DNA of 64,000 bases from the NCBI GenBank assembly GCA_965222605.1, contig OZ244960.1:1312001-1376000 (forward strand), in the 5' to 3' direction. Under the pieces are notes generated by a model. It worked only from the letters and a program-made list of their open reading frames with translations. It did no database searches and was not told the origin of the DNA. Positions 57,074 through 64,000 of the stretch are shown one piece after another; positions within the stretch are counted from its first letter, which is position 1; each line of letters opens with the position of its first letter. This DNA comes from Candidatus Latescibacterota bacterium (GTDB lineage Bacteria; Latescibacterota; UBA2968). The position numbers and the translations under genes were made by a program.

Positions 57074-57820
57074 CTAACCCTCATCATAATCAGTCAATGG
57101 ACGGATCCAGATATTGCGATAGCGCACTGGATCGCCGTGATCTTGCAGCATCAACGGCCCGGTAGGCCCGTGCGGCGTGTCATAAGACGACACATTTCTG
57201 TGCCCGGTCGGTCCCATAGCCTCTTTGCGGTTGTGCAGCACAACACCGTTCAAAAACACCGTCAAATACGCGGGCTTCACCAGCGTATCGCCATCGTATT
57301 CCGGTGTTTCAAAAACAATATCATAAGCCTGCCACTCACCCGGTGGGCGCGTCGCATTCACCAGCGGTGGAAACTGACTGTAAATCGCGCCTGTTGTGCC
57401 ATCGGAATACGTCGGATTGTCATATCCATCCAGCACCTGCACCTCGTACTTTCCGATCAAAAACACACCGCTATTTCCCCGCCCCTGACTGCTGCCGCGC
57501 ACTTCTGAAGGACAAGCAAATTCTATGTGCAACTGCGCGCTATCAAACTCATCTTTTGTCCGGATATTCCCCGTTCGAGGATTCACCTCTACATACCCAT
57601 TCTCCACTGTCCAGGTCGGATCCCCACCATCGAGACTCTGCCAACTGGACAAATCTGTACCATCAAACAGCACCACGGCATCCGATGGTGCATCACCTGC
57701 ATTGGCACCCGGCGTCACCACGCGCGGAGCTGGACGATTCTTATCGTGGACGCGCCACGGTTGATTGGGCAACATCGGCGTATCGTCATACCCCACCGGC
57801 GTGTGTTTTTCTGCTGCCAT
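57074..57820 (-). CDS. DUF1080 (3-keto-disaccharide hydrolase family) protein
   Basis: PSDAVVLFDGTDLSSW, QGRGNSGVF, YEVQVLD, GEWQAYDI, LQDHGDPVRYRNIW. Confidence 0.93.
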   Translation of the reverse strand: MAAEKHTPVGYDDTPMLPNQPWRVHDKNRPAPRVVTPGANAGDAPSDAVVLFDGTDLSSWQSLDGGDPTWTVENGYVEVNPRTGNIRTKDEFDSAQLHIEFACPSEVRGSSQGRGNSGVFLIGKYEVQVLDGYDNPTYSDGTTGAIYSQFPPLVNATRPPGEWQAYDIVFETPEYDGDTLVKPAYLTVFLNGVVLHNRKEAMGPTGHRNVSSYDTPHGPTGPLMLQDHGDPVRYRNIWIRPLTDYDEG

Positions 57821-57954
57821 TTTGTTTCCTTTCTAAAATGAAGTGGACATTTTATCGTAAAGCCATGATCATAAAAATACAGGAACGTGTCAAGCGGGAT
57901 TGCAAATATCAATCATGATCTGTCAAAAAAATCTGCTAACATTTTTCCTGATAG

Positions 57955-58031
57955 ACTGGATTGCGGCTAAAACCCTGCCGCAATGACAACCGTCGTTCGT
58001 CACGCCTGCATGTTTTAAGCAGGCGTCCAGT
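57955..58031. repeat. Pair of inverted REP-like palindromes (REPIN/BIME-like)
   Basis: ACTGGATTGCGGC-taaaaccct-GCCGCAATGAC, short spacer, GTCACGCCTGC-atgttttaa-GCAGGCGTCCAGT; CTGGA..TGAC and GTCA..TCCAG ends are mutually complementary. Confidence 0.75.
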
Positions 58032-58187
58032 GGATTCAGTCAAGAAACTTATTTGACAAACCAATCAAGCTCGCAATTTATCACCCAAAAAACCATAAAA
58101 TGAATCATAAACCCGTATTTACCTGTCCATATATTGAGACACCCAAAATAATTTGGTTTATTGCCCAAACGTACGTAAGGAAAAATC

Positions 58188-59162
58188 ATGACAATTCTCC
58201 GCACAGAACAAAACGTTCCATCTCTACCCAAACCCAACCAGTGTCGCGTTGTGTACTCCGATGAAATCCCGCCCGTTGAATTAATTACCGCAACATTTGT
58301 ATATGCGTTCGACGGAGATCGCTTGCTCATGACACATCTCAAATCGCGCGGCTGGGACCTGCCCGGCGGCCATGTTGAACCTGGTGAAACGCCTGATCGC
58401 GCCGCTCGTCGAGAAGTCTATGAAGAAACAGGTGCCCGTTTAAATCAGATGGACGTTTTTGCCCATATCCACATGCACATTGACGGGCCTAAACCCGGTG
58501 ATTATGCTTACCCTTATCCCGATTCCTATATGGTCTTTTACTGGGCACATATTGACACACTTGAAAATTTTAAAGAAACCGACGAAGTACGCGAACGCGA
58601 TCTATTTTTTCCAGAACAAGCGCGGCAAACTCATTATATCACGAACAACCGTGAACTCTATCGCGCTGCATTTGAATGCGCCGTTGACCTGACCCCTAAA
58701 CCCGAAGCCCCATGGAAACACAAAGCCTTTGCCCTCATCCTTCGTCCAGATAATTTGGGATACAAACTCCTCGCTCTTCACTTTGACGACACACCTGCGA
58801 TGCCCCTGCGTTTTTCCGGCGGAAATTTGGATTCGGGCGAAACACCAGAAGAAGCTATGTATCGCGAACTCTATGAAGAATCGGGCCTGGGACGCTTAAA
58901 AATCCTTCGCAAACTCGGCATTCACCATTATTACAAATACTACATCCAATCCAATGTCGAACGGCATGACTATCTACTCCTCGCCTCGCGCAACACCCCC
59001 GACCAATGGTCTCATGTTGTCACAGGAGAGGACGCCGACGCCGATTACACCTTCAACTACCAATGGATAGGAGCAGACGATATCGATTGCCTCTCCGACG
59101 AACTCAACACATTTGTCACACCCGAACATATTCCCGAACTGTTTAATAATAAATCCCGCTGA
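58188..59162 (+). CDS. Tandem double NUDIX hydrolase
   Basis: Two Nudix boxes: [23 protein letters not shown] and [23 protein letters not shown]. Confidence 0.9.
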   Translation: MTILRTEQNVPSLPKPNQCRVVYSDEIPPVELITATFVYAFDGDRLLMTHLKSRGWDLPGGHVEPGETPDRAARREVYEETGARLNQMDVFAHIHMHIDGPKPGDYAYPYPDSYMVFYWAHIDTLENFKETDEVRERDLFFPEQARQTHYITNNRELYRAAFECAVDLTPKPEAPWKHKAFALILRPDNLGYKLLALHFDDTPAMPLRFSGGNLDSGETPEEAMYRELYEESGLGRLKILRKLGIHHYYKYYIQSNVERHDYLLLASRNTPDQWSHVVTGEDADADYTFNYQWIGADDIDCLSDELNTFVTPEHIPELFNNKSR

Positions 59163-59931
59163 TATCCCACCCAAAGACAGACACATCCACCCATCCCGTA
59201 CCGGTCACCCCCCCTGTATTGATCTCAACACCCTCGCATTCCAGCAACACCCGCTGATTATCCACATGCGGAGTCAAACACCCTTTTGAATCCAAAATGC
59301 GATGCAGGGGATACGTCTGGCCCGCCACGCGCTTCATATAGGTGGGCAACACGCGGTAATGCGAATGCGACACCCCTAGAACATCTACAATCTGCTTATA
59401 CGTCATCACCTTCCCAAAGGGAATCTGCTTTACAACCCACAAAAATCGATCAGAGGTGCGATCGGACACAGGATCATAACGCCTGGACAAAACCCTGACC
59501 GGATCGCCTTCACAAACTATACCGCCGGTCAACACCACTGCCAAAAACCCTCTCTGATTCTCCAACGACTGGATCGGCTTCACTCCCAACGTCCCGATAT
59601 ACTTGCACACCTCGCAATGATACGTCAGCCGAACTGTAGCGGAATCGCCGAGTTGCAACACCGAACCCGATGGCAAATCGTCCAGCGACAACCCCGCGAC
59701 GACGACATTCTCTCGCAAATCACCCGGCTGCAACTTGAACTCCTGCAGAGTCTCCATCGCAACCAAAAGCACCTGCCGTGGACCAACGCCACCTGCATTC
59801 GCATCGCCTTCAATGCCAAACCGAGCACGCAGCAAAAATTTACCATCACTCGGTTTGGACAAAGGCAACCCCTTCTCTATCTTCATAAACAGAGATATGA
59901 CGCGCCCCTGTGTATTTTGCGCTTTTTCCAT
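59143..59931 (-). CDS. MOSC domain fused to an MGMT/ATL-like DNA-binding domain
   Basis: [30 protein letters not shown] (MOSC); [31 protein letters not shown] (ATL-like). Confidence 0.8.
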   Translation of the reverse strand: MEKAQNTQGRVISLFMKIEKGLPLSKPSDGKFLLRARFGIEGDANAGGVGPRQVLLVAMETLQEFKLQPGDLRENVVVAGLSLDDLPSGSVLQLGDSATVRLTYHCEVCKYIGTLGVKPIQSLENQRGFLAVVLTGGIVCEGDPVRVLSRRYDPVSDRTSDRFLWVVKQIPFGKVMTYKQIVDVLGVSHSHYRVLPTYMKRVAGQTYPLHRILDSKGCLTPHVDNQRVLLECEGVEINTGGVTGTGWVDVSVFGWDISGIYY

Positions 59932-60472
59932 AACAAAGCCGACCCGCCTCTACCTCGACATCCATCCGTACGCAACTCGTGCCACCTCTTCCATCACGGG
60001 TTCATCGGTATTGCGCCGTTTCAGGATCTTAAAACCGTGATCCGCGGTATCCACCACATGAAGCGTCGCATTCTTCAGATTATCCACCACCGGCTGCAAC
60101 AGTTCTAAATTCGCCATCTTATCCCGCTGACCCGATAAAAACAGCATCGGCACGCGTACATCCCTCAAATGCTCGGCGCGCTCTGTACTTGGCTTACTCG
60201 AATACAGCGGAAAAGCGAAAAACACAATACCCTCCAGCCCGTCAACAGGTTCTTCGGCACAAGCCATCGATACCATCCGCCCGCTCATCGAATGCCCGCC
60301 AGCAAAAACCGGCAACCCGCGCGCCTGCTTCATCCCCATCTCTATAGCCGCACGCACAGTAGCCAACCGCACCTTCTCGCCATCCATACCACCACCGCCC
60401 CTCTCGGAATAGGGATAATTGAAGCGCAAAGTCGCAATCCCTACATCATTCAACGCATCGCTCAGTTCCTGC

Positions 60473-61854
60473 GTGACTACTCCCAACGATAGAGCAGTTG
60501 GGCTTCTTGGCGGTTAGGTCGCCTGACGTTGTAGCCCCAACGTCAAAATGTTTATGGCAGCATTGAGGTCTCTGTCTGCTGTATAGCCACACGCCTTGCA
60601 ATTGTGTACACGATCAGAGAGTGCTTTTTTCTCTCTATGTCCGCATGCCGAGCAATCTTGTGAGGTGTATTCAGGATTGACAGCCTTGAATCCAATACCA
60701 GCCTCTTCCGCTTTGTATTCGAGACAGTGCCGAAACAGTGACCATGCTACGTCTGCTATTGATTTAGACAATCGCCTGTTCTTTTGCATCTTTTTTACTT
60801 TCAATTTCTCGACGGCTATGAAGCCGTGACGATTGACAATTTTTCTTGATTCTTGATGGGCAAAGTTATATCGCTTATTACGGATACGCTCATGCACTCT
60901 GGCAATGACTTTACGACGCTTTTCTCTTACGGCGTCGGTCTTAGGTCTTTTTTTCACCGCGTCCCATTTGTGCTGTGCTTTGGCAAGCGTTTTTTGCTCT
61001 TTTCTAAAGAATCGCTGGTTGGCTATTGTCTGTCCGTCACTGGTGATAGCAAAGGAATTGAGACCCACGTCAATGCCAACGGCAGAGCCAGCGTCTGCTT
61101 TCTTACTTATGTCGCCTATATCGCAAGAGATAGTAGCGAACCACTTGCCCGTGGCTGTGCGCGTGACGGTGCAAGACTTAGGCATACCCTCAAGTGGCCT
61201 GTGCTGGACAATGCGAATACAGCCTATTTTGCCTAATCGCAAGCCCTTATCGTCCAATCGGCATCCATTGGAAAACTGAGGATAGGTGATAGAATCATAG
61301 CGATTTTGACCCTTGTATCTGGGAAAGCCTGCTTTCTCGCCCGTCTTTGCACGCTCTTTGAGACGACGAAAGAATGCTTTGAATGCCCAATCTACTCTTG
61401 TGGACACCTGTTGCAATACCTGACTATATACTTGCTTGAATGCAAGATGCTGCTGCTTCAGCAATGGTATTGTTTTGGTCTGTTCATAACGAGACAAACT
61501 TTCTTTATTCTTTTGCCATGCTTGGACTCTCGCACAGACAAGCTGGTTATATAGCAAGCGACATTCTTCAATATGTGCCAGCAAGATTTTCTCTTGCTTT
61601 TTCGTTGGGCGCAGTCTGTATTTGAAGGACTTAAGCATAATAAAAATATATACTTATGAGCATATTTTGTCAAGCTATTTTTCGTAGAATTAACGGACGA
61701 ATCACAATGATGAAGTGCTGGCGCACTTGTACACCGCTCCACCGCCCATATCGCCTTGAGCGATATGCCCAATGCTAAAGCACCACACCATAAAACCAGA
61801 AGCCCTTCGCCATGCGGCCCACACCTGAAGGGTGAGGGTTTTACGGGCTGTTTG
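60473..61854 (-). mobile_element. IS200/IS605-family tnpB-only (IS1341-like) element, 1382 bp
   Basis: Inserted 3' of TTTAT with no target duplication. LE CAAACAGCCCGTAAAACCCTCACCC-TTCA-GGTGTGGG hairpin; RE GAAGCCCAAC..GTTGGGAGTAG-TCAC. Confidence 0.93.
60514..61638 (-). CDS. tnpB: RNA-guided endonuclease TnpB
   Basis: FKYRLRPT HTH, GFPRYK, RuvC GIDVG / AVEKL / DRDLNAA, zinc finger CSAC..CKAC; upstream TTGACA-17-TATATT promoter. Confidence 0.96.
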   Translation of the reverse strand: MLKSFKYRLRPTKKQEKILLAHIEECRLLYNQLVCARVQAWQKNKESLSRYEQTKTIPLLKQQHLAFKQVYSQVLQQVSTRVDWAFKAFFRRLKERAKTGEKAGFPRYKGQNRYDSITYPQFSNGCRLDDKGLRLGKIGCIRIVQHRPLEGMPKSCTVTRTATGKWFATISCDIGDISKKADAGSAVGIDVGLNSFAITSDGQTIANQRFFRKEQKTLAKAQHKWDAVKKRPKTDAVREKRRKVIARVHERIRNKRYNFAHQESRKIVNRHGFIAVEKLKVKKMQKNRRLSKSIADVAWSLFRHCLEYKAEEAGIGFKAVNPEYTSQDCSACGHREKKALSDRVHNCKACGYTADRDLNAAINILTLGLQRQAT

Positions 61855-61997
61855 ATAAAACGATGCCGCATATTCGTCCCCGACCCGTGCCCCAACACCA
61901 ATAATGCCTTTGCCCCGCGCGGTCGCGCGTACAAAGCCGACACATCACCCTTTTCTTCGGTCGCAATAAATTTCAACTCTCTGGATTCAACAGCCAT

Positions 61998-62480
61998 TTA
62001 TGTCTCCTTTTGCCAGGTAATATGAGAAGCGCACGGCGTAGCGCAAAGTGGACCACCGCGATCATCCGTCAATTTTAACCTTACAACAATGGGATCACCC
62101 GATTCAAGCGCCCGATTAACCTGCGCCCAATCGAGATGCCCAAGGCGAATTTTGAGCCGCCGAAACATCTCAAAATCACCCGAATTTTGCACCACACCCC
62201 AGGAAAGATAAAAAAAGCGATCCGCGGGCCTACCCTGTGCATAAGGACCCAGAAAATTGGGCGAACCATCGGGTTTCTCACCAACCCTGAACTCGGGAAA
62301 AAATACGACCTCGCGGCGATCTGCAGGAACCTGTTCAACAACCTCTTTGCCACACTGTATGCCGAGGTAAACAGGTTCTTTAATTTCGGGATCATGACTA
62401 TATGGATCTTCAAACCGCGTACCGGGCAATTGAGTACAAACCACTTTTAGTTTCAAGTATGTGTTGGTTATTTTTCGCAT
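61998..62480 (-). CDS. DUF5990-like hypothetical protein
   Basis: LGIQ, NFLGPYAQG.PADRFFYLSWG, MFRRLKI.L, LTDDRGGPLCA..ITW; GAGG RBS before ATG 62480. Confidence 0.75.
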   Translation of the reverse strand: MRKITNTYLKLKVVCTQLPGTRFEDPYSHDPEIKEPVYLGIQCGKEVVEQVPADRREVVFFPEFRVGEKPDGSPNFLGPYAQGRPADRFFYLSWGVVQNSGDFEMFRRLKIRLGHLDWAQVNRALESGDPIVVRLKLTDDRGGPLCATPCASHITWQKET

Positions 62481-62505
62481 ACATAGCCTCATTAATCTAC
62501 TGAAA

Positions 62506-62832
62506 TTAGAAAACAGCGACCTGGATATATCCATCTTTTTGATTTTTGGGTTTCTGCTTTACGGTCAAGGTAACATTTTGATCCAGTTTGGTGAGCCAGC
62601 CCATCAAACGATCAAAAGTAAATCGTCGAAGTTCACGGCCTTGTTTCAGTTTTGAGATGTAAGACTGATCGGTGCCGAGAATTTGGGCTGCTTCAATTTG
62701 TGTTAGCCTTCGTTCCTCGATAAGCCTGAGAATGGCCACCGCGAGTTTGGCTTTTGCCTGCATACCATCTGAATCTTCGACATTGAGATCGGCAAAAATA
62801 TTACCACTACTTTTTTTTATTGTATTTGCCAT
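62506..62832 (-). CDS. XRE/HigA2-like HTH regulator (orphan antitoxin)
   Basis: SSGNIFADL, LTQIEAAQILGTDQSYISKL, FTFDRL..L; AAGGAG RBS. Confidence 0.85.
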   Translation of the reverse strand: MANTIKKSSGNIFADLNVEDSDGMQAKAKLAVAILRLIEERRLTQIEAAQILGTDQSYISKLKQGRELRRFTFDRLMGWLTKLDQNVTLTVKQKPKNQKDGYIQVAVF

Positions 62833-62940
62833 AGTTTATGCTCCTTTTCCATATTTAATTATGGCCTAAAAGACATAAAATAGCAAGTAAGAAAAGAGCT
62901 ATTTTGCCGTTCCTTTATAATTCCCGCGTAACTTCAAAAC

Positions 62941-62969
62941 TTGCATCAATTGATAGAACTGCGTATAGT
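62941..62969 (+). promoter_or_regulatory. Putative sigma70 promoter for the downstream sulfatase
   Basis: TTGCAT-17 nt-TATAGT, about 50 nt upstream of AAGGAG-ATG. Confidence 0.55.
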
Positions 62970-63020
62970 GTGTATCTAAAAATTCGGAGTAGGCTCGGCG
63001 CAATCATCGAAAGGAGACGC

Positions 63021-64000
63021 ATGCAACCCAACATCATCTTGATCAACTGTGACGACCTCGGCTACGGTGACCTCGGCAGTTACGGCTCTAAAATTAACAA
63101 AACACCAGCACTCGACAAAATGGCTGCAGAAGGCATCAAATTCACCGACTTCTACATGGCATCTCCCGTGTGTTCGCCCTCTCGAGGAGCCATGCTCACG
63201 GGCTGTTATCCCCCGCGCATTGGCTTTGGCTCTTTCGACGGGCGCTGGGTCCTCTTTCCCGGCCAGGGTGTGGGATTAAATTCCAGCGAAATCACCATCG
63301 CCAAACTCCTAAAGAACAAAGGTTACGCCACCAAAATTGTCGGCAAATGGCACTGCGGAGACCAGCGAGAATTTCTGCCCACTCGTCACGGATTCGACAG
63401 CTATTACGGCATTCCATATAGCAACGACATGGGGATACAAAAAGAAGACGACCACAATCCACCTCTGCCCTTATTGCGCGACGAGGAAGTCATCCAGGCA
63501 CAACCCGACCAGCGCGGCATCACCGAACGCTACGTCGAAGAAAGCGTCCGCTTCATGCGCGACAACAAAGACCAGCCCTTCTTTCTCTACCTCGCCCACA
63601 TGCACGTCCACCTGCCCCACTATCCCCCCGAAGCCTTTGTCCGCGAATCTGAAAACGGCGTATATGGTGCAGCAGTCGCCTGCATTGACTGGGCGGCCGC
63701 CGTCATTTTCGACGAACTCAAATCTCTGGGACTTGACGACAACACCCTTGTCATCTTCACCAGCGACAACGGCTCTCGCGCCCGAGACGAAGGCGGCAGC
63801 AACAGCCCTTTGCGCGCCACCAAAGGCACCACATGGGAAGGCGGCCAGCGCGTGCCGTGCCTTATGCGATGGCCCGGCAAAATTCCCGCGAGCGAAGTGT
63901 GCAACGAACTGACATTATCCATGGACTTTTATCCCACGCTTGCAGCCCTCGGCGGTGCAGAAGTGCCTACCGACCGCATCATCGACGGCAAAGACATCCG
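63021..64000 (+). CDS. Arylsulfatase A-like sulfatase (3'-truncated by window edge)
   Basis: [56 protein letters not shown]. Absent from the ORF track because there is no stop in the window. Confidence 0.93.
   Translation, partial: MQPNIILINCDDLGYGDLGSYGSKINKTPALDKMAAEGIKFTDFYMASPVCSPSRGAMLTGCYPPRIGFGSFDGRWVLFPGQGVGLNSSEITIAKLLKNKGYATKIVGKWHCGDQREFLPTRHGFDSYYGIPYSNDMGIQKEDDHNPPLPLLRDEEVIQAQPDQRGITERYVEESVRFMRDNKDQPFFLYLAHMHVHLPHYPPEAFVRESENGVYGAAVACIDWAAAVIFDELKSLGLDDNTLVIFTSDNGSRARDEGGSNSPLRATKGTTWEGGQRVPCLMRWPGKIPASEVCNELTLSMDFYPTLAALGGAEVPTDRIIDGKDI

Larger units (their letters stand above)
59950..61997 (-). pseudogene. Alpha/beta hydrolase (KANL3/Tex30-like) interrupted by an IS200/IS605 element
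   Basis: 5' part 61997-61855 (LVLGHGSG.NMRHRF) plus 3' part 60472-59950 (QELSDAL..LRFNYPY, GGHSMSG, G.RD, ADHGF) rejoin to 666 nt = 221 aa reading RHRF-M-QELS. Confidence 0.92.

Noticed and set aside
60473-61854. IStron (group I intron-IS fusion) that would splice out and spare the host gene
   Set aside because: Only ~215 bp lies between the left end and tnpB, no group I core is recognisable, and the element ends in C rather than an omega-G.
61458-61854. C-terminal part of the 179-aa ORF 61458-61997
   Set aside because: Read-through of the interrupted hydrolase into IS left-end sequence; not a real protein.

Overview
Bacterial chromosomal window. The gene content (five Cys-type sulfatases, three PhyH-family dioxygenases, an arylsulfotransferase, and giant cadherin/FN3/LRR proteins with cohesin- and dockerin/EF-hand-like modules) suggests a marine, probably sponge-associated symbiont such as Latescibacterota or Poribacteria; this taxonomy is inference only. 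Positions 1.6-31.2 kb are a head-to-tail array of five paralogous secreted-protein cassettes. Four share a near-identical ~440-aa constant head (signal peptide, cohesin-like, dockerin/EF-hand pair, cadherin, FN3), then a variable poly-Pro hinge and different payloads (LRR solenoids, leishmanolysin-like M8 protease, tandem PQQ sugar-dehydrogenase propellers). The fifth has only signal peptide, dockerin and an unknown domain. The heads show patchwork polymorphism consistent with gene conversion, two cassettes have deletion/frameshift scars, one has a C13 tract before its signal peptide, junctions share a GTAAC-N4-GTTRC motif, and a 53-bp direct repeat brackets the whole array. The remainder holds a sigma70-region-4 gene with a candidate leader peptide/anti-SD attenuator, rarA, a spondin lipoprotein behind a 92-bp tandem repeat, a sulfatase/dioxygenase/sulfotransferase cluster (one PhyH with a halogenase-type HxG motif), an AAA-PD-(D/E)XK gene, two orphan antitoxins, a PlpD-like patatin gene, a MOSC-ATL fusion, and a tnpB-only IS200/IS605 element inserted precisely (TTTAT|...TCAC) in an alpha/beta hydrolase gene. 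No tRNA, rRNA, CRISPR array, reverse transcriptase or integrase was recognised.
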